Shown here: positions 53,300 to 64,000 of the stretch, piece by piece
How positions within the stretch are numbered: position 1 is the stretch's first letter
Layout of the letters: each line of letters opens with the position of its first letter
Source: Octopus vulgaris
Lineage: Eukaryota
Assembly (NCBI GenBank): GCA_951406725.2
Contig: OX597825.1
Location: 68,510,001 to 68,574,000 of the forward strand
Direction: 5' to 3'
DNA length: 64,000 nt
The notes under the pieces: model-generated
Databases searched by the model: none
What the model was told of the DNA's origin: nothing
Seen by the model: the letters and a program-made list of their open reading frames with translations, nothing else
Program-made: the position numbers and the translations under genes

Positions 53300-55082
53300 T
53301 GTAGTGATGCTGCTGTGTAGGGTTCGGCGCGCATGCGCAGAATGGGACTGCTTCCGGGTGGCCACCGGAGGTCTTCCCCATGCGCATGTGCGGGAAAACG
53401 TTCCCTCGAGGCCGCGAAGCTCAATTCTTCCTCTTCGGCTATACAGCATTGCGATCGGACGCAAATTCACAGGCTCTGACAACCACTCGTGCTACGACAT
53501 AGCGCCAACGACCATCAACCAACTTCAACAACTAACACGAAGCTGTATATCAGAGGCTGTCTTTCTCCCACCAGACAACGTACGACATCGCAATCAATAA
53601 ACCAGAACTAGTCTTTTCACCTTTTAACGTGACTTCGTCTGTATTGTTTTCTAAAATTTTATATGTGACTAGATCGGATATCGACACCCTTTCAGTGCTT
53701 CGATAAAAGAACCATCATTACAATTGGTGACCCCAAGTTGAAAAAAAAAGAACAGGACAGAAAACGCAGCGAACAGGTTTTTCCTGGAGAGCGCTGAACA
53801 TTCATTTTTCTTCACTTTTTCTCTTCTCACCACGGCGAGCTGCTAAACCAAAAAAACAGAATAACAACCATTGTCACCTCCAAGATGCACCCTCGTTCCA
53901 CTTGTTACCGTATGCACAACAGAAAGCACTATACTGCGAGGCAATTTACGATGCACTTCACAACAATGCAACACTGCTGGGGCACAAAGAATTTGCTCAC
54001 TATGGAAGCCAATAAATGCATCGTTTCGACAGCTAAATGCCCAGAAACTAACTGGAAGAAAATATGGAAGCCCGCACCTGCAACATTTTTGGCCACGTGC
54101 TTTTCGTCTCAACCCAACAAACAGACCCTGCATTGTCTACGAACTTTTGCATGAATTTAAGACTCATATAGACTCTCAGCAATTCTTTGCATGCACATAT
54201 TTTTCACTTTCAGCAATAGACTTTTAAGAAAGAACACTATTTTCCAGCTAAGTTTGTCATTTTTGCCTATTTTATTCTGTTCTGATTGCATTGCACACTT
54301 TCATTTGTTTACGAGTTACACAAATTCCACAATGCACAAATTTCACAACTCGTTTTACTAACACAACTAAATTCACGTGCATATCTTATTGAATGTTCTA
54401 TATTATTATTCATATTTTGCATGTACGTTTTTTTCGTTCATTTTGGAAATGTTTGTATTGTTACAAACACACATGCTAACACTGTCACATTCATACGTCA
54501 CACATGCCTTTTCTCGCTTGTTTTTCCATGCTAAATTTGCCTTTCTGGACACAACTCATTTCTGTAAGACCCTAGGTCGGTCTCGTATACATAGAGAAAG
54601 TTGTTTGTCTCTTACAACGCACCAGCATGTCACACTTTTGTTCCTGCACGACCGAGGCATATAATCGCTCAAGCACTGGCTGGCAGCTTCAGCCTTACTA
54701 CATTAACCACTGGCATATTCATTGCTGTTTTTCAGTCTAGCAAGCCCTATTGCATTCATGCACCTCTGTTCTGCACGTGTACTGCCTTGTTTTGCAACAC
54801 ATTTGCGTCAGCTTAATTCTTTTCCCGACTCAAAGAACGTTGGATGTTCACATCCTGGCATCGCTGCCACCCTTAAACTAATTACTGCTCGGTTTTCTGG
54901 CCGAATATGCGTCGCACTATTACTTCTTGGACACGCACCTGCTCCAAGTGTCAACGATCCAAGATTCCATGGACACGTTCGTGCTCCACTTGGACAGTTT
55001 TTCTTCTCCTGAAGCCCGTTTTCGCCATGTCCACCTTGATTTGGTTGGACCATGGCCTGTGAATAATGGGTTCTCATATATA

Positions 55083-56482
55083 CAGGGTGTTCCAAAAGAA
55101 ACAGTGCACTGAACATTTTCATAGGTATACATAAAGAAACAGTGCACTGAACACAAGAAAGGATATTTATAGTTGAAAATGTTTTCCCAAAAGATTTTAA
55201 ATATTATATTTAGATAATTTAGATATCTAAATTATAGATATTTATATTAAATATTCTTTTGTTTCAGGGACCCTTTGAAAATGGTGCTTACCTTACAAGA
55301 AAGGATATTTATTGTTGAAAATGTTTTCCGAGATGGTGGCAAATACACAAAAGAAGTGCAAGAGTCATTTCAAGAAAAATTTGGTGCAGAACGTTTGCCG
55401 CATCGAAATTGTGTTTCCGCTTTGTTGCATAAGTTCAAAAAAACTGGAAGTGTTCAAGACAAACCAAAAAGTGGCCGCCCAAAAGTCGTTACAGATACAG
55501 TCTTACAGAATGTTACCAACAAACTGCAGAGGAGCCCACGAAAGTCTTTGAGGCGTTTGTCTCAAGAAACTAGGATATCTCTAACATCAACTCACCGAGC
55601 AGTGCATCAACTTAAATTCTTTCCATATAAAGTGCATGTTGTTCATGAACTGAAGCCTCAGGATTCAGAAAAACACGTACTCTTCTGTCGGTGGTTTGAA
55701 AATTTTATTCTAGAGAAAGGTGAAAACATTTTAAATCATACATTCTTCAGTGATGAAGCATGGTTCCATTTGTCCGGGTACATGAACAGTCAGAACTCTA
55801 GAGTGTGGTCTACAATAAATCCTCATGCTCTGTTTCAGAAACCACTCCACGATCAAAAAGTTGGTGTTTGGTGTGCTTTGTCAAGGCGGCGTATAATTGG
55901 ACCTATATTTTTTGAAAACACCATCACATCTGAGTGTTACATTCATAACATCCTGGAGCCATTTTTTGATCAACTGACGGAGCAAGAAAAGCAACAAGGC
56001 TGGTTCCAGCAAGATGGTGCAACTGCACATACGGCTCGTGTCAGTATGGCTGCAGTTGGTGATGTCTTTGGGGATCGTGTGATCTCTTGTGGTTTGTGGC
56101 CACCTCGATCACCGGATTTAACACCTCCTGACTTTTATTTGTGGGGCAAATTGAAAGACTCAGTGTATGCAGACAATCCTCGAACTACGGATGAACTGAA
56201 GCAGAAAATAACAAGTGTTATTCAAAACATCAAACCTGATGAACTTGAGTGTGTTTTTCAAAACACGCAGCGTCGCGCTCGTTTATGTCTGCAGGTGAAT
56301 GGCGCACACTTTCAACAGTTATTGTAGATCATATCTTACTGCACGAGTCAATCCTCAATCGTACTTTAGTTGATAAGGTATTGAATTTGTGAATATTTGC
56401 AATAAATAGTATTTTTCTGTGAGTTTTGTTTCTTTGGGTTATTAGCATATTCCTACTGCACTGTTTCTTTTGGAACACCCTG
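55083..56482 (+). mobile_element. Full-length Tc1/mariner element, copy 2
   Basis: Perfect TIRs cagggtgttccaaaagaaacagtgca, TA on both sides, 1400 bp. Confidence 0.97.
55281..56327 (+). CDS. Intact Tc1/mariner transposase (DUF4817-type HTH, D-D38-D by my count)
   Basis: Uninterrupted 348-aa ORF from ATG 55281; FSDEAWF, QQDGATAH, SPDLTPPDF. Confidence 0.92.
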   Translation: MVLTLQERIFIVENVFRDGGKYTKEVQESFQEKFGAERLPHRNCVSALLHKFKKTGSVQDKPKSGRPKVVTDTVLQNVTNKLQRSPRKSLRRLSQETRISLTSTHRAVHQLKFFPYKVHVVHELKPQDSEKHVLFCRWFENFILEKGENILNHTFFSDEAWFHLSGYMNSQNSRVWSTINPHALFQKPLHDQKVGVWCALSRRRIIGPIFFENTITSECYIHNILEPFFDQLTEQEKQQGWFQQDGATAHTARVSMAAVGDVFGDRVISCGLWPPRSPDLTPPDFYLWGKLKDSVYADNPRTTDELKQKITSVIQNIKPDELECVFQNTQRRARLCLQVNGAHFQQLL

Positions 56483-57252
56483 TATTTAACTTTATCGATC
56501 ATTTCTCACGTTGGCCGAAAGCTATTCTTATTCACGCATGCACTTTGATTTTGCTCATTTTGAGTATTTCTACATTTAACTTTCTTTCAAAATTTTTCTT
56601 GTTGTATGATATTATGTACCAAGTCTTCTGGGGGATCGGCAAGCCTTCTGTTTTCTGCAGCACCACCACAAATTTTCTTGTTGCCGTACTTCGCATTCGG
56701 AGGGGAGCCCTGTAGTGATGCTGCTGTGTAGGGTTCGGCGCGCATGCGCAGAATGGGACTGCTTCCGGGTGGCCACCGGAAGTCTTCCCCATGCGCATGT
56801 GCGGGAAAACGTTCCCTCGAGGCCGCGAAGCTCAAATCTTCCTCTTCGGCTATACAGCATTGCGATCGGACGCGAATTCACAGGCTCTGACAACCACTCG
56901 TGCTACAACATAGCGCCAACGACCATCAACCAACTTCAACAACTAACACGAAGCTGTATATCAGAGGCTGTCTTTCTCCCACCAGACAACGTACGACATC
57001 GCAATCAATAAACCAGAACTACTGTCCTTTTCACCATTTAACCTGACTTCGTCTGTATTGTTTTCTAAAATTTTATATGTGACTAGATCGGATATCGACA
57101 CCCTTTCAGTGCTTCGATAAAAGAACCTTCATTACAGAACCATTGCATCTAAAATCTGCTCAGCTAGCCAATACTATAACAAAGGACAAAGCACAAAATA
57201 CAACAGTACCCCATACCATTGCATCTAATATCTGCTCAACTAGCCAATACTA

Positions 57253-57503
57253 TAAGGTTGTCCCAAAAGTTCGTAAACACTTGCGAAAATTTGAATTTTT
57301 ATGCAATTTTTAACTGTTTGTTTGGGTTTATATTGTCATAGTTACCTTCATCTTTATATTCCTGATGCCCATGAATAAAATTGAGCTGCGAGTTTTGATT
57401 CGTTACTGCTGGAAGCGAGGTCTTTCAACCAGAAAAACTGCCAAAGAAATTTGTGCTGCCGAAGGTGAAGGAACAATTGCATATGCGGCGATCTCAAAAT
57501 GGT
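57253..57503 (+). mobile_element. mariner 5' fragment inserted in the minisatellite
   Basis: TA-aggttgtcccaaaagttc start; ELRVLIRYCWKRGLSTRKTAKEIC..ISKWY; a minisatellite remnant follows. Confidence 0.75.
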
Positions 57504-57999
57504 ACAATACTATAACAAGGGACAAAGATGCAATGGTTTACGATGTACAAACAGATTTACGTAAATATTACAATCTAATACAAAATTATTTAATTCCCAG
57601 GAAGAGAGAAAAATAAAATGTAGACATAAATTGAATTACTTATATAATAAGTTTAGCTGATTTTGAATATATATAAACTCTAATTTAGATTACTAATTAT
57701 ATAGTCATAATTAGTAATAGTATAACAAGTATATATTAGCTGTAGATTATGTAGGTTATGTACATAACTAGAATATGATTTAACTAAGAGGTTTATAAAA
57801 TAAGCAAATAGATTGGTGAATATAGAACAATTTGCAGACATTAAGCTTATTCTATGAATTTTGCATAACATTTTAGTTTTACATAATTGTGAATTTAGAA
57901 ATACTTCCCAATAAATGCTGTATTACATTACGCTTATCTGTTACTTTTATATCATTAAAATACATATTTCTGTTTATTATCCCTGTATCGAGAAAGTTG

Positions 58000-59880
58000 G
58001 TCACAGAGAAAAAAAACTATCAAAACCTTTGATCTACATGATCAGAGATCAGAGCAACTGAGGAAAGAATATATTTTGGCAGATCCTCACCCAAAAAAGG
58101 CTGGGAGAGCACTTGCTTCTAATGTCACAGAATGGATAATACAATTCTATGAGTCAGAGGAATATTCATGTATTTGCCCAGGTAAAAAGGAATTTGTTAC
58201 TGTAAAAGAGAACAGAGTAAAGAGTCACTGGCAAAAACAGCTATTGCTTGTGAATCTGCATGAACTTTTTTGTAGAATACAGGTAGAAGTACCCTGCAGA
58301 TAAGGTAGGCTTTTTCAAGTTTTGTGACTTGTGACTGAAGTGGTGTGTTCCAGTTACTGCCTCAGGCATGTATTCAGTATGTGTCTGAGCAACACCCTCC
58401 CTAGTAGTCATGACTACAAAGACTTGCTTGGCAAAATGATCTGTTCTGTGAGCAATTGTGAATGTGTGTTGTTCCTGAGTGAATCATGCCCTGCAAAGAT
58501 TGCCTTTAAACAACATTTGTTGGATGTATTTTCATCACATGATTTTGACTCCAACAATTTAATAATGTACAGACAGTGGGCATATGTGAACCAACAACCT
58601 TCTTATGCCTACCTTCCCTAGTGAATGACATCATTCAAACAGCTGGCAGTGCATTTGATTCTCTACAACAGCACCATTTCATAACAAAGGCTCAATCTAG
58701 TTTCTTTAGTCATCAGAAATATTATCTGACATCAAATCAAGCAATAGTATTGCTGAACTTTGCAGAAAATTATAATTATAAAGGGTTTCATTGGAACAAC
58801 GCCCAGGCAACTATTCATCCATTTATTATAAGACTGGTGCACTCCAATCAGTGTCCTCTCTGATTGTTTGAAACCCCTCGCCGCCACCAACACCACCACC
58901 TCAGTGCATGCTTTTATTATGAAGGTGATTTTGCATATAAAAAAAGAACTTCCATTCACAAACAAGTGATGGTACAGAGAGCCAATAGAAGAACTACAAA
59001 AATCTAACAAATCTTTGTCCTCATCAGAACGGTCAGGGGCTTGAGATGGAGTGGCATTTCTTTGCCATGTCACATGAGAAAAGTCCATACGATGGAATCA
59101 ATGGGACAGTGAAATGTTTGGCTAAAAAAGCAAACCTATATATAAGCAGCTACAGAAGGATACTTACTTGTACTTCTGACGGTGTTCACCCAGGGCGGGT
59201 TGAGCCGGATTCTTCTCTAGTCCTAATGGCATCACAAACCATGGCGGCCCACACTCGACAGTCTTGTGCGAGGTAACTGGAGATAGCTAAAGTCCAACCC
59301 CTCCTCAAAGCAGTAGGATGGTGTAAACAGGCAGTGTCAGAGCTATGCCGTCAGAAACTTTGGCTCCTAGTAGGGCCACCCAAGGCAGATTGGTCTGGCA
59401 CCGAGCGATATTAGGGCCGCAGTCTGGTGAAAATTCCAAGAGGCGTCTGATCAGCAACCGGTGGCTTCAAGGTCATTCTGTCCCTGTGTCTGTGGAGACT
59501 CCGCGGCAAACAGGGCGTCCCGTCACTCAGGATATGCATGCGGGATGTCGGGGACCGCTTGTGAATTCAATATTCCCACAAAACTTCTTGTATGAATCCT
59601 GCTACTACCACGGCAATAAATACAAATACGAACAGAAGGATATATTTTCATGGCTTCCAAGATGTATGACTGGGCATGTGCAAGAATTCCAAGAATAAAG
59701 TTCTTTTACATATCGGCCACCAATGTCGTCCAAAATGAGAACAGCTTCGACTTGCCTGCAATTATTCAGCAATGCAGTGAAACTAATTGGCACACAATCC
59801 CATCACCGCTGTATTCCTTTTTCAAGAACTGAATTGCTAATGAAAAGAATATCAGCTGATGACCATTTCACTCTTCTAAG
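58000..59880 (+). mobile_element. Degraded DNA transposase, tentatively Sola2-like, with an insert at ~59172-59615
   Basis: FYESEEYS.ICPGKKE, KVGF.KFC, NFAENY..GFHWNNAQATIHP, EWHFFAMSHEKSPYDGINGTVK. The superfamily call is from memory. Confidence 0.5.
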
Positions 59881-59884
59881 TGAA

Positions 59885-61065
59885 GAGCAGCCAGAAATTA
59901 GACAAATGATTTCTACTTTAAGCCGCAAAATAGCAGGAATCAAAACCAGCGTCTGAGGGATTGTATCGGAGTGTCTTGCCCAACAATTTACCCATAGCTC
60001 TTACTGAACCTAGACACATCGAGGAAGTCACTGAATCAACCAGCCATGAGGTAATTGTCATCAGAGTATCAGAAGACATAGTTGATCTACAGGCATTCAT
60101 TGGAAACACAGCTAAGGACCTTAGCTGTGTTCCTCCAAAAAGTGCTTTCCGCCTTGGCTGACCAGGATCCAAACCCAGGCTGATGTTTTCAAACCCTACT
60201 GAGGCGCGGGCATACCATCTAGCCGCTGATAGGGCTTGGTGCAAAAACAGAATTACCTTTCGGACATGTCCTGGCCTACCACCTGACACTCTCAACACAA
60301 ACAAAAATCGACCACAGTACAGAAGTTGCAGAAATTCAACAAATGATTTCTGCTTTAAGACGCGAAATAGCAGGAATCAGAACCAGCGTCTGTGCGAAAA
60401 CTCACAGCGAGGGGTCATATCGGAGTGCCTTGCTCAGCAACTTACCTGTAGCTCGTATGGAACTTCAACGCATCGAGGGTGCTGCTGAACCAACCACTCA
60501 TGAATTAATAGCCATCGGAGTGCTGGAAGATGTGGTAGATCTGCAGGCATTCATTGGAAACACAGCTAAGAACTTCCGCTGTGTTCCTCCAAAAAATGCT
60601 TTCCACCTTGGCAGACCAGGATCGAAACACAGGCTGATGTTTACAAACTTTACTGAGGCGCGGGCATTCCATCTGGCTGCTGATAGAGCTCAGCGTGACA
60701 ACATAATCACCTTTAGGACACATCCTGGCCTACAACCTGATGTACGCCCAAAGTTAAGATCTGTAGCTTCCCTAAATCGCAACTCTGTGCCACAGGAAAG
60801 CTTTAGCCTACGCGATGATGGGCAAATATGGAAATTCGTCAAGTCTGGTGAGTCATAGATAAGGGATATCAATTGGTCTGAGCATACTGCACCCACAATA
60901 ACTGGCAATACAAAAATCATGGGAAACTAAACAAGAACAATCAGCCATCACCTGTATATCATCGTCATCTGAAATCCAGATACAAACTGTTGTCCTTGAA
61001 TGCCCGTAGTTTATGCAACAAGGTACATCTTTTTGACTCTTACGTCAGAAGTATCAACCCAGATT
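59885..61065 (+). mobile_element. CR1/L2-like LINE 5' fragment: ORF1 end duplicated (~440 bp) followed by the APE start
   Basis: Two copies of ..HE(V/L)I.I.V.ED.VDLQAFIGNTAK..CVPPK.AF.LG; then CCCLNARSLCNK..INPDFI. Confidence 0.55.
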
Positions 61066-62397
61066 TCATTCCTTTGTTTAATTGTCAACATGGATTAACT
61101 TGCAAGGTGAAAATTTTCAAAATAATATTTTTTTCACCCCAAAACATTTTCAGAGGCCTCTAAATATATTATGCCTTGTACATAGTCAATATTCTTGTCA
61201 TGGACAAAGCAGCCATCAAATTGAAGAAACTCAGCAGAAGTTTGCTTGTATTAAATATCTTGACCTCATTGGTGGGGGGCTTGAATGTTGAGTTTTAAAA
61301 AATTCCTGCACATTAAACAGGTCCATATTTAAAAGGCCAATAACTTGAAAATGAAAGGAAATAGAGCAATTTTGAGAGCAGGCTGAATTCAGATTACTGA
61401 AGGTAGCCAATTTAAGTTAAATATTATTAGTTTGAAAGAGATTCAGCACCAAAATCTGTATAAATTGACATTTGAACTCCATGATGGACATGACCCACAA
61501 ATTTTTTTTGGGGGGGGGGATATCTTTGAAAGACTTAGGAGTTGGACCCTAAAATTATGCATGCATTCCTTATGCATACAAAGCTATTACCCGAAAACAT
61601 TTAAGCCAAATTTAGTTACTTGTACAGCTCTGGTTGAGTTCATATGGAATGATCCTAAGGGAGTGTTGCTATCATTAGTGGTGGGGGTAAGGAGGAATTA
61701 TCTGTCCTTAAGTTGAAACAGGGAGTTGTAATGAAGGAATAAAAAAAAAAGGAGAGAAAACCAACATTGAGTCATTCACATTCAGATCCAACACACAAAC
61801 AGTAATAAATAAAATCAGATAATGGCAAAAAGTGTGAAAAACAAAATTTTGAGGCAGAAAATAATGGTTAAACTGGGGTGAAAAAAAAATTTTTTTTTAT
61901 GCTGGCAGTGGGGTGGGGGCAAAAATATAAATATAAAAAAAGCTCAGGAAAATTGAACAAAAAAAAAAAACTTTGGATGCAAATTACAAATTCATAAGAT
62001 ATGTTTCAGTGTGAAGCACTATAATAAAGAGAGAGTGGGGAGGGGGGTGAAAGTATGAAGGAGCAGTGAAGTGGGTATGAAATTATTTTCTCTAAAAACA
62101 AGGATCAAGTGTTTCAAAATGAGGACAAAAAAAAAAAAATACAAGTAGTAGCTGCTGCCATGAAGGTGAAATTGAGGGGAGGGGGGGGGGGGATTAAAAA
62201 AAAAAAAAAAAAACACCACTCACCATGGTTTTGAAATGCAAGGTCAAAAAATTGGAAAAGCTGAGAAAAAAAAAAAGCCACTGCCCGCCATGGTTTTGAA
62301 ATTTGGGATAAAAAAAAAAACTTGTGTGACAGCTATTCTGGAAATTTGCCAATTAAGTTCAGCTTATATCAGCTTATAATGAAACTTTAGGGTTAGC

Positions 62398-62432
<35 letters not shown>

Positions 62433-62690
62433 TTTTGTAGGAATAAATTCTGAACCCTTGTTGTGCTGCATCCAGGATGGAAGCCACAGTGTTCCTCAGT
62501 TAGGTTGGGCTCAATTTCCCTACATCCCTTTCCCAGACACCTAGCATTGACTTTTCCAGGATGGCTTAACAAAGAGACTCCTTTATAATTAGAGCAGGCT
62601 CTCTAGTATCCCTTTTTAAAGATTGGGATTATCACTACAGACTGCCACTGTTCTGGTGACTTTTCAAAGGTGCAAGCTACCTGGCATAGT

Positions 62691-62930
62691 GGAGGCAAGT
62701 AGCTTAGTGGTTAGGGTGTTGGAATCATGATTGTAAGATTGTGGCGGTTTCGATTCCAGGACTGGGTAACACAGGTTCTTGAGCAAAACACTTCATTTCA
62801 CATTGCTCCAGTCCACTCAGCTGGCAAAAGTGAGTTAACTTGTGATGGACCAGTGTCCTGTCCAGGTGGGAAATATATATACCATGAAACCAGCCCTTAC
62901 GAATTGGTAGGATTCGAGAAGGTAACTTCT
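62691..62930 (+). mobile_element. tRNA-derived SINE
   Basis: ggaggcaagtagcttagtggttagggtg..gtttcgattcc..cttgagcaaaacacttcatttcacattgctccagtccactcagctg. Confidence 0.7.
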
Positions 62931-63069
62931 AAGTTTACCTGGCATATGCATTAACCAGAGAATAACCAAGGGGCAGACCAAGAACAAGACAGTTGGATAA
63001 TAATCTATACTTTCATTTGATCATGCTTGGGAATACAGGTGGAAAGTGTAACGATAACTGCTTCCGATC

Positions 63070-63183
63070 GGGCTGTGGGAGAGGTGCCCGACGGGGCTGT
63101 GGGAGAGGTGCCCGACGGGGCTGTGGGAAAGGTGCCCGACGGGGCTATGGGAAAGGTGCCCGACAGGGCTGTGGAAGAGGTGC
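63070..63183. repeat. 24-bp G-rich minisatellite, ~4.7 copies
   Basis: gggctgtgggagaggtgcccgacg repeated. Confidence 0.92.
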
Positions 63184-63646
63184 TTGAGTATCCTACTTCC
63201 ATGACCTTTCAAGGAATATTTGGCAGACAAAATGGATGGATGGAATATTAAATTAGTATATTTTTTTTCTTTATCCATAGAGAAGAAGAGACTAGAGAAT
63301 TGAAGAGGGGGGTTATTGAAGAGCAAGCAAGAGACAAATTGCTGAGTTAAATAAAGTTGAAATGGTTTTAAAATTTGCCCAATAGCATGGCCAATAGAAC
63401 TTGTTTTCTCATTAACAAAGAAAGGTGAGAGGAAAAAAAAAAAAATAAATTTTCGTGTTTGTGTGTGTAGGTATTTTGACAGTTTGAGAAACATTGCTAA
63501 GGTAGTTGTGGTCTTTAACCAGTATTAAAACAAATTGAAGAAAAATAAATTATACTTATCTCACTAAATAACATACATTATTAAATATTAAGAAAAAAAA
63601 AATCCCAATAAATAAATGAAATTAAATAAAACCTCAATATTTACAA

Positions 63647-64000
63647 TTATTTCCGTTGGAAAAAAACTTCCAGTGTTTTCATGTGGGGGTTACTTTTAGG
63701 CCGTTTCTCTTTATTCTTAGCAGTTTGGATTTTCCTCTTTTGTGTTGGATTTGATGTTCTGTGATTGGGATTCCCATGAGTCATATTTCTGTCAACAGTT
63801 CTCTGTAGTTGCTGAGCAAAATGGTAATCTTGGTGTTCCAGCAGGTCCCAAACAAGGATTTTCTTCATGCAGTCTTGACATTCTACATAATCCACCTCAT
63901 CTCTTCTATCAGAATGCAATGAATAATCTGCAGAATGGCAAGAATCAACTGAATCCTCGTTAAAGACAGTCTGTTTGTCAAATGACGGCTTTTGAGAACA
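63647..64000 (-). CDS. POLH: DNA polymerase eta, last coding exon (runs off the window end)
   Basis: Frame open from 64000 to the stop at 63647. Contains UBZ finger CQDCMKKILVWDLLEHQDYHFAQQLQ, basic NLS KRK..KRPK and C-terminal PIP box MKTLEVFF (human Pol eta: MQTLESFF). Confidence 0.88.
   Translation of the reverse strand, partial: CSQKPSFDKQTVFNEDSVDSCHSADYSLHSDRRDEVDYVECQDCMKKILVWDLLEHQDYHFAQQLQRTVDRNMTHGNPNHRTSNPTQKRKIQTAKNKEKRPKSNPHMKTLEVFFQRK

Larger units (their letters stand above)
53300..57136 (+). mobile_element. Non-autonomous Gypsy LTR element (LTRs 53300-53722 and 56711-57136)
   Basis: Near-identical TG..CA LTRs, 4-bp TSD gaac, PBS tggtgacccc, PPT ggaggggag; integrase remnants HPGIAAT, HVHLDLVGP, IDHFSRWP. 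Confidence 0.95.

Noticed and set aside
62993-63251. Short repetitive ORFs (GCGRGARR / AVGEVPDG)
   Set aside because: Translations of the 24-bp minisatellite downstream of POLH; no coding evidence.

Overview
Eukaryotic, AT-rich, transposon-dense DNA. The SINE heads and LINE families look cephalopod (Octopus-like); this is an inference from memory of those repeats. The only recognisable host gene is the 3' coding exon of DNA polymerase eta (POLH), on the minus strand at the right edge. The rest is nested mobile-element debris: Penelope-like elements, RTE/CR1/Tx1 LINEs, tRNA-derived SINEs, two Gypsy LTR elements, pogo, hAT, Helitron, Tc1/mariner (one copy with an intact ORF), and Crypton-, Merlin- and Sola-like fragments. 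Four observations stand out. (1) An endogenous parvovirus-like element is fused to a LINE RT, with a capsid-like segment upstream of an NS1 SF3 helicase on the same strand and a hairpin downstream. (2) A ~22-copy 107/108-bp satellite arose inside a Penelope-like RT coding region. (3) A 7-copy ~1.58-kb macrosatellite is made of pogo+hAT+SINE+Helitron pieces. (4) An ORF1-only (HAL1-like) retroposed element with a long TSD sits inside a SINE that sits inside a LINE. All protein calls come from motif recognition, not database searches, and boundaries of degraded elements are approximate.
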